Below, piece by piece: positions 37,326 through 51,279 of a stretch of 64,000 nt of DNA. This DNA is from Octopus sinensis (taxonomy: Eukaryota): positions 7,502,001-7,566,000 of the forward strand of contig NC_043013.1 in assembly GCF_006345805.1 (NCBI RefSeq), read 5' to 3'. Under the pieces are notes generated by a model. It did no database searches and was not told the origin of the DNA. It saw only the letters and a list, made by a program, of their open reading frames with translations. The stretch's first letter is position 1. Each line of letters opens with the position of its first letter. The translations under genes and the position numbers were made by a program.

Positions 37326-39617
37326 GCCCGGAAAGTTGAGCATGGCCTTTGCTAGTCCCATAATGTTCTATGAGGAATTTCTGTATGAAAGATTGCAGGG
37401 AAATCACAGAGAGCTTAAAAGCGTAGCAGTTCTGAAGAAGAACCGTCGGAAAGAGGTGTTTAATACTGAGTTAAGAAGAGAAATAATACATACTTGCGGA
37501 AATACCTGGTGTATACTGAGCTAAAGACTTCAGAAATCGAAGCTTACACGCAAAGTAATTTGTTGAAGTTACAGAGAAGTTTCTTGGGAAAATACTCGGA
37601 TATTTGGTTTAAGCACCCATGTACATTTTTACCGTATACTTGTTTCGGTCATTGGACTGCGGCCATGCAGGGTCTCCGGCTTGAAGGATTTTGTCAAGCA
37701 AATAAACCTCAGTATTTATTTTAAAGTCTAATACTTATTCTATCATTTTCTTTTGTCGTACCGGTAAGTTAGTGACGTAAACAAACCAGCACCGGTTGTC
37801 AAGCGATGGAGAGACACACACAATAGGTTTTCATACACTTTCCATCAACAAAACTCACTCACAAGGCATTGGTCAACCTGGGGCTGTAATAGAAGACACT
37901 GCAGTGTGGGACAGAATAACAAAAAGGTTTGAACCCAAAGCTACGTAGTAAGCAAAGCGAGCTGCGCAAGACTTCCGCCCCCCCCCCCAAAAAAAACACC
38001 CTTTAAAAAAAATTACAAAAATAAACAAATTTGAGAGAAAATGTGGGAGGAAGGGCCGAAGTCTTTCCCGAACTGCTTCTTAACCCTGAACCACACAGCC
38101 AGCCTGCGACGTACATTCACTTTTCTCCCTTCTTTTTCTTTCCTTTTTTTTTTACTGATTTTTTAGGAAATTTTTTCAGAAAAAAAAGAAATACTATAAA
38201 GTTATTTCGTTTTATTTACCCATCTCTGTTCTGCCTTAACCTTTCTCCTAATTCTACTTCTAAATCTAACCTAAACTCCAAACCCGACTCTAATCCTAAA
38301 CCTAAGATGTCGCGCTATCATCTAACACTAACCCTAACGCTAAACTTTATTTGTAGAATCGTAATCTCTTCTCTTTAAAACGAGTAATTTTGAAAACATT
38401 TTTTTCAAAATAATGAAATTATGGCCGGTTGCATACCTTAGAACAAAGAAACGGTAGGACGGAAGGGAAAAGAATTGTAATTTTCCCTAAAATTTTTATA
38501 TGCAGAATCGTAATATGTATTTAAAACATGGAAATCTAAAGAGATTTTTTGTGTGCGCGCACGCGTGTGTATATGTACAATATACCTACCTAACTACCCA
38601 TTTACTTACCTACTTACCTACCTACCTACCTACTCTGACCTAGATACGTAGACACGTATATACCTAGATACGTAACTATATGCAGGAGAATACATACCTA
38701 CCTACCTACTCTGACCTAGATACGTAGATACCTAGATACGTAACTATATGCAGGAGAATACATTCATAAAACATACAAATCTGCACATACATACATACAT
38801 ACATACATGCAAACAAAAATACCCTGTTGTTGATGTTGAAATTCCAATGAAGGAGCCTTGGATCTAGGTTAGAAACCAGTTCTTTCTCTATTGGCAAGAA
38901 ATATTGAAATAAACTGAATAATGACATACACTTTCTGTATTAATGCAGCAATAAATATGTTCATATACATAAAACAAGTCTTCTCCCTGACTACGCCACA
39001 GATGTTTAAAAATCAAGCGATACCTGAGCTTGAGATCTTTTAAAGTAAGGAAAGACCTTGCAGAGTGTGAATCCCACTCACTAAACAACGTATGCATTCA
39101 CGTGGAAAGAACTAGTTTACATCATTGATCCAAACGCATACTAGGACCAACGATGATTTAAACCGGCAGTTCTACTAAGCTTGCTTGGTAAGGAGAGTTG
39201 TTTTTATTGGACACCCTGGAAAGACAAAAACAAAATTGGTCAAATGACGGATGAACTCAGATGTCAAAACAAAGACCTCTAGTCTTTGTTTAGACATCTT
39301 GAAGTAAACCTCTGATGCAACACATATACATTAATCAATCGATTCATATGTAGTGAATCTTGCAGGCATGAAGTGGATTCGATCCACCATAGCCAAATTT
39401 AAATTAACGCTGCAACAGAACTGTTCCCATGGTGGAACAATGGTTTATCTCTGACAGCAGTTTTACATTTTCCAGATGCCATTAGCTGGGCCGAAATAAT
39501 GTCTTCACTACTTGACCCTTTCTAACCTCTTCTACTTCACTAAAAGCTAGAATAGAGATAACAAGATCACCAACTAAATTTATTGTTCTCAATGATATAT
39601 CTATCCTTCTGGATAGT

Positions 39618-39659
39618 TATATAAGCAATCACCCCCCCCCCCCCCACTAAAAATCAGTT
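39618..39659 (+). promoter_or_regulatory. Possible core promoter (TATATAAG + TCAGTT initiator)
   Basis: TATA at 39618, Inr-like TCAGTT at 39654; spacing is long and includes a poly-C run; possible donor ACG|GTAAAT near 39914. Confidence 0.2.
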
Positions 39660-40264
39660 AGTCACAGTCGGTGACAACTCAACGAGGTCTGGCTGACCAG
39701 CCTTGGTCAGAGGGAGAAATGAAGTTTACGGTCAGCAACTTGAGACAACCCCCTACAATTCTCTCTAGCTCTAATTCTGTTCTCTTTACAACATCGTTCT
39801 ATCTCTCTCTGTATTTACTACTAAACAATGAAGAGAACACAAGCACAAACTTTACTTCGCATGCTTTTGGATTTATCATAACCTGCTCGTCGAGGCAAGG
39901 CAATAACGTAACGGTAAATAAATATTTCCTTAAAATGTCATGCATTGTTCATCTTTCACATCCTACAGCATGCGATTATAATAACAAACTCTTATCGTCA
40001 CAACTGCCGACTATCAACATTTCATAATATTGTTTACAAATCCATTTTCTATCGTTACAATTGGTGACCTCGACATATCATAATATTGAGTAACTAACCA
40101 ATTAAAACCGCTACACATACATACAGACATTCGTAAAGTTTACAGAAGAGAAATTTCTGAATGAAGTTCTCTGTCCAGTTAATCGTTTCATTTCATCTGG
40201 TTAGCCTGTTATTTTTTCTTTTGACATAACTTCAAAGTCAGAAAGCAGCACAGCTCTCATGACT

Positions 40265-40400
40265 TTCGGAAACATCTTTTTTTTATACTCAGAGTTATTG
40301 AAGCGTGGAACAAACTATCTGAATCAGTTGTTAGTTGCCGAGACATTTCATCCTTTAAAACCTCCATGCTTCCTGAAATTTGCCAACACTACGCCTGGTG
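40265..40400 (+). mobile_element. CR1/L2-type LINE 3' fragment
   Basis: Decayed RKH.F..RVIEAWNKL.ESVVSC, typical of the ORF2 C-terminus. Confidence 0.55.
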
Positions 40401-40558
40401 TCCCCACCTCCATACGCATACACACATGTATATCATGACTCGTACACTGTTCACTTTCCTGACATTTGTACGTAATTCTATGTACTATACATGCACGTGT
40501 GATAAGTTGTAGTGTACCCGAGTACTAGACATAATGATTTCGTTATTATTGTTCCAGG

Positions 40559-41128
40559 GGCGGCGAGCTGGCAGAAACGTTAGCACGCCGGACGAAATGC
40601 GTAGCCGTATTTCGTCCGCCGTTACGTTCTGAGTTCAAATTCCGCCGAAGTCGACTTTGCCTTTCATCCTTTCGGGGTCGATAAATTAAGTACTGGGGTC
40701 GATATAATCGACTTAATCCGTTTGTCTGTCCTTGTTTGTCCTCTCTGTGTTTAGCCCCTTGTGGGTAGTAAAGAAATAGGTATTTTGTCTGTCGCTACGT
40801 TCTGAGTTCAAATTCCGCCGAGGTCGACTTTGCCTTTCATCCTTTCGGGGTCGAAAGTACCGGTTACGCACTGGGGTCGATATAATCGACTTAATCCGTT
40901 TGTCTGTCCTTGTTTGTCCTCTGTGTTTAGCCCCTTGTGGGCAGAAAAGAAATAGGTATTTCGTCTGACATTCCGTTCTGAGTTCAACCTCCGCTGAGGT
41001 CGACTTCGCCTTCCATCCTTTCGGGGTCGATAAATTTAGTACCAGTTGCGTACTGGGATCAATCTAATCGACAGGCCCCCTACCCCAAAACAATTTCGGG
41101 CCTTGTGCCTAGAGTAGAAAAGATTATT
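40559..41128 (+). mobile_element. SINE family C, head plus tandem trimer of body
   Basis: Units restart at 40608, 40781 and 40957 (173-176 bp). Confidence 0.88.
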
Positions 41129-41394
41129 ATAATTTCCCGGCTTCGTTTTCTTTCGTTTTCAATTCCCCACACTTATATCTTCCTTAAGCGAAAGATCGTG
41201 TATCAGAGATGTAAAATTTAGTTATGTATGTGAGAGGATGATTTTGTCAGTTACAAATAATCAGTAAGTACACACACACACGCAGCATTTCACGCATATT
41301 CTATGTTCCTTTTGCACATAAAACACACGCAGAAACAAACAGGTACATAAACATAACACTTGCACTTCCTCCTTCCAGAAAATTTTTTTTTAAT

Positions 41395-41649
41395 AAATAA
41401 AAGCGCCCTTTTAAAGCCTAACCAGGCTCATGGGCCCGTCTCCCCGGTTTCAATGGCGTATGTGTTCCCCAGCTGGACGGGACGTCCGTCCATCGCAGCG
41501 TTACTCATTTTTGCCAGCTGAGTGGACTGGAGCAATGTGAAATGAAGTGTTTTGCTCAAGAACACAACGCGGTGCCCGGTCCAGGAGTCGAAACCACAAT
41601 CTTACGATCATGATGCTGACACCCTAACCACTAAGCCACGCGCCTCCAC
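41395..41649 (-). mobile_element. tRNA-derived SINE family E (~255 bp)
   Basis: Minus strand GTGGAGGCGCGTGGCTTAGTGG...GTTTCGACTCC head, gttgtgttcttgagcaaaacact central domain, aaagggcgc tail. Confidence 0.82.
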
Positions 41650-42015
41650 TTTCAGAAAATTAATTTTATATTAATGTCCAGAAAACCACTAGCGTAGCTA
41701 GAATGTGTGCGGACGACCCTTCCGTTTACCGCCCCCAGACTCCACAAAAAAAAAAAAAAAAACATTGCCTACAGCAGACCCAAAAGTAGTACCCCTTTAA
41801 AAGTGCCCACCGTGGTGGACCGCCCCTACAGCCCCAGCTGTGCTAATGTAGAAAACATGGAACCTCGAAAGGCAAACGTAGAACTAAAAGAACAACATGG
41901 AATTTTAGAACTTTATTTCAAAATCTGTGAACCAAATCAGCACCTTATGAGGTGGAAAACATAGCAGCGACTGAAAAGAATACACAGAAGTATGTGGTGA
42001 AAAAGTTGATGTGTA

Positions 42016-42408
42016 GCTATATTGAAATATATATAAAAGTCAAGTTGTGCTGTCTGTCTCCTACGATTTAGATTCCTAACTACTCCCTCATTTTGCGGTG
42101 CAGTTTAACCAAAACCGGATTCATATCGAGCCCTTCTGGGTATTAGCGCGCGTCTACGATGAGTCTACGATTTAAAAAAAAATTTACCATCATTTTTTTT
42201 CCATTTTAATGCATTTTTTCGCTATTATATAAGGGAAGTAACTCTCTAAAAATGTCTACGATGAGTTTACGATTTAAAAAAAAAATTACCATCATTTTTT
42301 TTTCCATTTTTAATGCATTTTTTTGCTATCTTTTGGCTATAACTCTCTAAAAATGCTTATATAGTTATTTCCCTTACAAATCCGAGCAACGCCGGGCGAT
42401 ACAGCTAG
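42016..42408 (+). mobile_element. Non-autonomous Helitron
   Basis: 5' CTATATT..ATATATAAAAGTCAAG; internal ~110-bp dimer; 3' CCG-agcaacgc-CGG hairpin and CTAG|T. Confidence 0.72.
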
Positions 42409-42805
42409 TTGAAATATAAATGACAAATGTATCTTATATCTGCCTTATCTTTCAAGAAAATGGCTTTTAGCAAGGGAGTCTACTCTTAATCCTGATTTAG
42501 TTACTTCCCTTGATAGCTGCTGATTTCGTTTACGAAATTTACTTTGATTCATCATATTTCGATTTACCTTGATAGAAAACTGTCTTCACTTCCAGGAAAC
42601 ATGGAACATCAAAAAGTAAATGTAAAATAGAAAAATATATTTCAGATATGAAGTAGTTATCGTCATTTTTTTACAGTATTAGAGTTTGATAGACCAAAAC
42701 GGAAGATTACAGGGTAAAAAAAAAATATATGTAGCAAAGCTATATGATCAAGAAAGGAAGTAAAATTAATGCAGGAAAGGCGTATCTAAAATAAGAATAA
42801 AATAA

Positions 42806-43110
42806 CTCAGTGGTTAGAGCGTCGAGTTTACGATCGTGAGGTTGTGAGTTCGAATCCCGGACCGAGCTGTGTGTTGTGTTCTTGAGCAAGACACTTTATT
42901 TCACGTTGCTCCAGTTCACTCAGCTGTAGAAATGAGTTGCGACGTTACAGGTGCCAAGCTGTATCGGCCCCTTTGCCTTTCCCGTGGATAACACTGGTGG
43001 CATGGAGAGGGGAGGCCGGTATTCACGGGCGACTACTTTGCCCAGACTTGTGCCTGGGAGGGTAACTTTCTAGGTGCAATCCCACGGTCAGTCATGACCA
43101 AAGAGAATCT
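42806..43110 (+). mobile_element. tRNA-derived SINE family F (shares central domain with E, different tail)
   Basis: ctcagtggttagagcg...GAGTTCGAATCCC B box; gttgtgttcttgagcaagacact; tail also seen at 53310-53390. Confidence 0.75.
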
Positions 43111-43117
43111 CAATATG

Positions 43118-43220
<103 letters not shown>

Positions 43221-44179
43221 GTACATACACACACACACACACACACGTATATATATATATACATAAAGGGTTTATTCCTGTTTCCACCTGCCAGTTCCAC
43301 TCATTAGTTTTGGGTCAGTCTAGGGCTAAAGTATAAGACACTTGCCCAAGGTGACACACTATAAAACTGACCTTGGAACCATGTGATTGGGAAAGAAACT
43401 TCTTACAATAAGGCCCCATTTGTGCCTGGCCATACCTGCATCTCACTATGCATTAATAATCACAATTAATACTGCTTCTGCCACTGTTAGTTATTTTTTT
43501 AATAATCCAACTGGTTGTTACATCTAGCCAGATATCCACCACTGACAAGGCCAACGGATGCCGAAATCACGTGATCTCATAGTTCCAGTGGCTGTAGCAG
43601 ACAGATCTTGCCAAACAGCTATATGAACATTAGTGCTTTTATGTACCACAAGTCTATATGAGAGGTCCTCTCTTGGTAAATAATGAAGTATTCTGTGTTC
43701 TCACTCAACATCCACTTTAAGTGGAAGATAAAAATTACATAATTTATAATTTTCTGAATTAAATACTAAACATCATTCCTGTGAAGAACATTCTGTAAAT
43801 TATGTCAGTTATGTGGAGGAAAGCATTTTCTTGTGGACAAACGATGATTACTTATTTAATAACTGTTGCCATAGAAATAAAGTTTGAGTTGCCAATATTG
43901 CATCAGGGTAAGTTTACTAAAGAATTTCATTTTGGATGTGTACGTCTGTGGAATACTCAACCACTTTTATGCTAATTCAATGAGTAAGTAGTTTGGTTAA
44001 TTGCACACCTGAACACTCATATGTCATTCTCAATGGGATAGTCCTTCATATATATACATGTATTTGTATATATAAAGACAGATAGATAGAGAGAGAGAGA
44101 GACAGAGAGAGAGAGAGAGACAGTCAGACAGAGAGGGGGAGAGGAAGAGAGAGTGGGAGAGACAGAGAGAAGAGTAATT

Positions 44180-44484
44180 TTTTTTTATGCGCCCTTTTCA
44201 AGCCTAGCCAGGCTCATGGGCCCGGTTTCCCAGTTTCTGTGGCGTATGTGTTCCCCCGAGCTGGATGGGATGCCAATACATTGCAGTGTTACTCAAGAAA
44301 CAGGAAGAAATAGTGAGAGAAAGTTGGGGCAAAAGAGTACAAAGGAATCGCCCCCCCCCTGCCAGAGCCTCATGGAGCTTTTAGGTGTTTTCGCTCAATA
44401 AACACACGCGGGGTCTGGGAATCGAAACCGCGATCCTCCAACCATGAGTCCGCTGCCCTAACCACTGGGCCATTGCGCCTCCAC
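44180..44484 (-). mobile_element. Chimeric SINE: family A head and body joined to family E tail
   Basis: Junction gtgttactc|aagaaacagg at 44294. Confidence 0.8.
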
Positions 44485-44671
44485 AAATAAATAAATGCGC
44501 CCTTTTTTAAAGCCTAGCCAGGCTCATGAGCCTGGTTTCCCAGTTTCTATGACGTACGTGTTCCCCAGCTGGACGGGACGCCAGTCCATCGCAGCGTTAC
44601 TCATTTTTGCCAGCTGCGTCGACTGGAGCAACGTGAAATGAAGTGTTTTGCGCAAGAACGCAATGCGTCGC

Positions 44672-45444
44672 ATTAACAGCATAAACACAGACACACACAC
44701 ACACACACACACACATACATATATATGACAGGCTTCTTTCAGTTTCCGTCTACCAAATCCATTCACAAGGCTTTGGTCGGCCTGAGGCTATAGTAGAAGA
44801 CACTTGCCCAAGGTGCCATGCAGTGGGACTGAACCCAGAACTATGTGGTTCGTAAGCAAGCTACTTACCACACAGCCACTCCTACAACTTGTTTATTCTA
44901 TTTGCCTATACACTAGGAAACAAACATGTTCACATTTGTTCTCTTTATTTGATTAACCTCTAAGCCACGCGCTTCCACGAAGAGTAATTAGACAACTATA
45001 TTTCATTAATATATTTGATTGAGTAAACATCTGAAAAACCTGGCAGCCAATTTACAATTGAGCTGTTTTCTGTTCTTTAATGTCTGGAAATGTATGAATC
45101 TAATGGGAAGGTTAGCTGAGTTTTCATCCTTATTTGTAGTCATCTTTACATAATGAAATAAAGAGAACAATTGTGAACATGTTTGTTTCCTAGTGAATAG
45201 GCAAATAGAATAAACAGGTCGTAGGAGTAGCTGTGTGGTAAGTAGCTTGCTTACAAACCACATGGTCTCGGGTTCAGTCCCACTGCATGGCACCTTGGGC
45301 AAGTGTCTTCTACTATAGCCTCAGGCTGACCAAAGCCTTGTGAGTGGATTTGGTAGACGGAAACTGAAAGAAGCCTGTCGTATATATGTATGTGTGTGTG
45401 TGTGTGTGTGTGTCTGTGTGTGTGTCTGTGTTTATACTGTCAAT
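44672..45444. repeat. Older local inverted duplication (arms 44672-44955 and 45151-45444)
   Basis: SINE B 5' half plus ~70 bp of unique flank shared in inverted orientation, roughly 90% identical by eye. Confidence 0.85.
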
Positions 45445-46100
45445 AATAGACATCTGCATTGATGGTCCTTCCATATTCCAGTAGCTTATTATGGAGGGTA
45501 TCTGTCATGTTCCACCAAACACAGAGCAAGGATTTTTGTGGATGGAGTTCTGGTTTTGGTGTTGGCACTGGCCTTTCATTATCTGATAACCATTGTCTTC
45601 TTCATTTTCTATTGTAATGCAAAACCTGTTTTTAATTACCTGTAACAGTACACTGCAGAAATTATAGGTTGTTATCTCTAATTAAAAGACTGCTGCAGGT
45701 AATGGAACACTGTACTCAATTCTCAAGTGTAAACTCAGGTAGGGCCTAAATTCCCTCTTTGCATGTTTTCCCAATTTATTTGAGGTGTTTGTGGATAGTT
45801 TAACATGACACATTAAATTTTTGCACCAAATGTCTGGTGCTTTGACGTGGATCCAATACTGTAATCTCATTCAAAAGGTCATTATTCAGAATGGGTGATC
45901 TTCCAGAGCACACTTTATTGGATATGTCACAATCACCTTCTTTAAACCTTTTAAACCACAGCTCTCATGTATGAGCTTTCACTGCATCTGGATAAACTTC
46001 ACAAATGTCTTTCATTGCTTCTGTAGCAGTATTTTTCTTTTGAAACTCATACAGTAAGCAATGGCAAATATTTCGTTGTTGGATTTGGTTTGCAAGATTC
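45445..46100 (-). mobile_element. Degenerate mariner element
   Basis: HCLLYEFQKKNTATEA..ICEVY (N-terminal HTH); KPELHP.K.LL.VWWN motif. Confidence 0.78.
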
Positions 46101-46128
46101 TTTACATGAGTTCGTGTGTTGAAGCATA

Positions 46129-46373
46129 TTCTGTTGTGTCTGGGGAGAGTCATTTTCTTTTTGTGCCTAATAATATAACACACTCACCGGTAAAATTTCC
46201 ACTTTTTTCTTATTTTTATTTTCTTATACTATAGAGTCAAAGATATTGAAAAGGTTGCAAGAGGCAACGAAAATTTTAGGAATTAAAAACAAGAAAAAAG
46301 TGGAAATTTTATCGGTGAGTGTGTTATATTATAAGGTACAAAAAGAAAATGACTCTCCCCAGACACAACAGAA
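46129..46373. mobile_element. Hairpin element with 83-bp inverted arms
   Basis: 46129-46211 is the near reverse complement of 46291-46373; 79-bp spacer. Confidence 0.8.
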
Positions 46374-47537
46374 ATGTCAAATATGTTGTTTCATAATTCT
46401 CATCCTCCTTGGGGTTAATTACCGAAATAACTATGAATGACACATTGCTGGATAGAAGAGATGGTATACTATTTCTACACAGTTCCTGCTCATTTGACTT
46501 GGGCCCTGATGTGATTGGTTGGTTGGTATTTCATACTGGTGAAAAAACAATTATTTTCCAAGCACCCATATACATACATATACACATACATGTATATACT
46601 CTTTTCCTCTTTTACTTGTTTCAGTCACATGATTAAAGCCATGCTGGAGCACCGCCTTTAGTTGAGCAAATCGACCCCAGAACTTATTCTTTGTAAGCCT
46701 ATTACTTATTCTGTTGATCTCTTTTGCCAAACCGCTAAGTTACGGGGATGTAAACACACCAGCATTGGTTGTCAAGCGATGTTGGGGGGACAAACACAGA
46801 CACACAAACATATACACACACATATATATATACATATAAACGACAGGCTTCTTTCAGTTTTTGTCTACCAAATCCACTCACAAGGTGTTAAAGCCAGTTG
46901 GATTATTAAAAAATAACTAACAGTGACAGAAGCAGTATTAATTGTAATTATTGATGTATAGCGAGATACAGGTATGGCTAGGCACAAATGTGGCTTCATA
47001 GTAAGAAGTTTGCTTCCCAATCACATGGTTCTACGTTTGCCTTTCGAGGTTCCATGTTTTCTACATTAGCACAGCTGGGGCAGTAGGGGCGATCCACCAC
47101 GGGAGGCACTTTTAAAGGAGTACTACTTTTGGGACTGCTGTAGGCAATATGTTTTTTTTTTTTTTGTGGAGTCTGGGGGCGGCAAACGGAAGGGTCGTCC
47201 ACACACAGTGTGTGACCTTGGGCAAGTGTCTTATACTTTAGCCCTAGGCTGACCAAAAGCTAATGAGTGGAACTGGCAGGTGGAAACTGAAAGAAGCCCA
47301 TTATATATATGGTGGCACGTTAAAAGCACCAACCGATCGTGGCCGATGCCAGACCCCCCTGGCACCTGTGCAGGTGGCACGTAAAAAGCACCCACAACAC
47401 TCATGGAGTGGTTGGCGTTAGGAAGGGCATCCAGCTGTAGAAACACTGCCAGATCAGACTGGAGTCTGGTGCAGCCCCTGGCTTCCCAGACCCGGTCAAA
47501 CCGTCCAACCCGTGCTAGCGCGGAAAACGGACGTTAA

Positions 47538-47569
<32 letters not shown>

Positions 47570-47970
47570 ATATATGTACACATACACACACACATATATA
47601 TAGACAAATTGCTTTCTGCAACATGGTGGTAATGTCTGAGACCGTCCACTTTAATGTCATTATAAAAAACAGCTCTTGAAATGCCTAGACATTTTTATTG
47701 CTAACAGCAGAAGCTAGTAACAGACTGCAAAATAATTGAAGACTTATATCTTGGGACAGGCTTGAAAGAGTCATCTCTTAACAGTTGCAATTAGTGAAAG
47801 AAGTACAGTGACATAGTTTAGACTGCAACAGGTGCAAAACGGTGCACTGATCATTGAGAGACAATCAATACACTCACTCACTCACGTGCATGCTCAGGAA
47901 TACAGGCACTCACACATACACAATCTCTCTGATATACACAAACATACACACACACATGCATATATATATA

Positions 47971-48005
<35 letters not shown>

Positions 48006-48487
48006 GACACAAGCACATATAAATGCATATATGTATATATACGTACATATATATGTACATGTCTATATATGTGTGTGTATATATATATACATACACAGAA
48101 GCACATATATACATATATATGTATGTGTATATGTGTGCATATATGTATGTATGAATGTATGTATATATTATATATGTATATGCATGTGTGTATATATATA
48201 TGCACACACACACACATACACATATATATATACATGCATACACACACACATACACACACTTATACACCCACACACACATGCACACACACACACACACATT
48301 CAAGAATGCACGAATATAATGAGGAAGGTGATAGGGAGATGTGGAGGTCGTGAAATGTAATAGACAAAGCTAGATAAATGTCATACGGTGAGGCAGACAT
48401 GTAAATGAGAAAGAAGAGGAGGGTGGGGAAATGGAAAGGAAACTGACAAACAGACAGACAGACAGACAGACAGGCAGGCAGACAGAC

Positions 48488-48554
<67 letters not shown>

Positions 48555-48632
48555 GGGGTAGATAGATAGATAGACTAACAGACAGAGAGATAGATGGATG
48601 GAAGGATGGATGGATGGATGGATAGACAGACG

Positions 48633-48678
<46 letters not shown>

Positions 48679-48811
48679 TAGATAGATAGATAGATAAACT
48701 GAAAGACTGACAGACAGATAAATAAACTGATAGATAGCTGGATAGGCAAACAGATTGACAAACATAGTCAGACATACGTACATACATACACACATACATA
48801 CATACATACAT

Positions 48812-48844
<33 letters not shown>

Positions 48845-49284
48845 TGGATAAATAGATCATCTGACAAATTTCTCAGATTTAACACACAGACAAAAGGGAA
48901 GCAGAGACAAATAAACTGGCAGTAAACACATATGCACCTGGAAATATTCCTCAACAGAAACAGAAATATTGCCTTCTTCAAATAGTTTTGAAACACACCA
49001 GGCTGTAGTAAGGTAGTCTGGAGTATTACAATTACAATTGTAGTACATCTGACTACTACTGTTTTCTGAATGCATTCCCAGTATATCCAATGGAGCAGTC
49101 TATATGTACTCTGACTTGGTGTACATCCAGTCCTGAGTCCTGTGTTCTGGGAGTTTTTTTGGTTTTTTTTACTGCTAGAATAGAATAGTTTGAGCATAGC
49201 ATTGTGAGATATTAAACTTGTAGATATGTGAGTTACTAAAATGTAAGATTGTCAGATATTAAACTGTAACAAAATGCAGTCCTA

Positions 49285-49612
49285 GAGAGTACCATCAGAA
49301 AACTGCACATCTGCATTAAAGGACATGTACACACAAAGACTTCAGTCCATAAACACCTGCAGAAGAGCCAGACCCAGTATTTTACTGTATCCCCCAGGGC
49401 TATGGAACATAACACCGGTAACCTTTGACTCAAAGAGACTATCATAATTAACAAGCAGATACCAGCATTAAACAACAGACAAGGACTACACACAGCAGAC
49501 TGGCTACTATAACAACACCAGTTTGCACATATCTGAGCAATGGTAATAGTTTTATTCCATCTTCTGCTTCTCTATGTGTCCTGATGAAGTGGTCCTAACC
49601 CCTGAAATATTA
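49285..49612 (+). mobile_element. Penelope-like element 3' fragment: decayed GIY-YIG C-terminus followed by decayed hammerhead
   Basis: 49285-49512 translates ESTIRKLHICIKGH...HKHL...*LKETIIINKQIPALNNRQG (ET-R-L-R-EH, E-I-P-LN pattern) with TGA at 49426; CTGATGA...CCCCTGAAAT at 49581-49608. Confidence 0.65.
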
Positions 49613-51279
49613 AAGAAATAAAAGATAAAACTTTAACTTATTCTGTCTTCACTTTTGTATTTTATTTTGCATTGTTTCAGCCTAACATTTTATCCTTTTT
49701 TTTTTTAACTTTTTAGTTAGAGGGGTAAGGGCAGTGCCTATGGCCATTCAATTTTTTTCAGGGCATCTAAGATTAGTGGAAAGAAAGGTGGACATTAACT
49801 TTGAACTGGGGGCCTGACCTGAATGCTTGCAACAAAGGGAACTCTCCTAAAAATATGCAAAGGACCAAGTGGTGGGGGTGTTGAAGTGAGCAACAGATTA
49901 AGACTGTAACTCAAGAATTCCAAATACAAAGAGTTGAAATAAATATCTCAAAGAATCTTGGCCATCCCTCTAGCAATTCTTGCAATCCCCACCACCCCTG
50001 AATTTTCTTTTACATTCTTTTACTTCTTTTGGACTGTGAACATGCTGGGGCCACTGTCTTGAAGGATTTTGAAGCCCAGTGCTTAGTTTTAAATTCAGTA
50101 CTCGTTCTATCAGTCTCTTTCACCAACCTGAAAAAATATGGAGATGTAAACAAATCAACACTAATAGTCAAGCAGTGTAGAAACAAGCATAAGAACAATC
50201 ACACACACACACACACATTTACATACATACAATGGCCTTCCACACAGTTTCTTTCTACCAAATTCAGTTTCCATCTACCAAATCCACTCATAAGGCTTTG
50301 GTCGGCCCGAGGCTATAGTAGAAGACTCTTGCCCAAGGTGCCACACAGTGAGAATGAACCTGAAACCACATGGTTGCAAAGTGAGCTTCTTAACCACACA
50401 CACTCATGCCTGCACTTGGTACTTTATTTTATTGACCCCTAATGAAACAGATTAAATGCAATAGACATCAGTTGGATTTGACCTCTGAGTGCAAAAGTCA
50501 GGATGAACATCATCATCATCATCATCGTTTAACGTCCGTTCTCCATGCTAGCATGGGTTGGACAGTTCGACCGGGGATCTGGGAAGCCAGAAGGCTGCAC
50601 CAGGCTCCGGTCTTATCTGGCAATGTTTCTACAGCTGGATGCCCTTCCTAACGCCAACCACTCCGTGAGTGTAGTGGGTGCCTTTTACGTGCCACCTGCA
50701 CTGGTGCCAAGCGAGGCTGGCATCGGCCACGGTCGGATTGGTGCATTTTACGTGCCACCTGCACGGAAGCCAGTCGAGGCGGCACTGGCTTCGGCCACGA
50801 TTCGGATGGTGCTTTTTATGTGCCACCGACACGGAAGGCATTTTGTCCAGTTCTTTAATAACTCTACCAAACAGCCTAGATGTATATGTAGGGTTGAGGT
50901 CTAGATGAACAACACACTATTAAAACCTTCGGATCACTTAATCTCAGATGATATCACACAGTGACTTCATGTATATAATAACATCGTGAAAATTACATTC
51001 CAAAGATGGCTTTTTTTCTCAAACTGGGGAAATACTTCAGCTCTGGTCAGTTCCTAATCTTCTACAAGACTCAGTTTAAACCTCCAGTAGTTCTGAAGAC
51101 GTAGGTGCAGGCATGGCCGGGTGGTAAGAAGCTTGCTTCCCAACCACATGGTTCTGGGTTCAGTCCTACTGCATGGCACCTTGGACGAGTGTCTTCTACT
51201 GTAGCCTCAGGCCAACCAAAGCCTTGTGAGTGGATTTGGTAGATGGAAACCGAAAGAATACTATTATATATATATTTAT

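Larger units (their letters stand above)
43268..47299. repeat. Dispersed inverted duplication (43268-43514 vs 46894-47299), right arm interrupted by an inverted copy of 41704-41884
   Basis: SINE B half plus ~100 bp shared flank; insert at 47028-47205. Confidence 0.75.

Noticed and set aside
38210-38350. Telomere-like CTAACC/CTAAAC repeats
   Set aside because: Too degenerate and short; more likely internal to an unclassified repeat.
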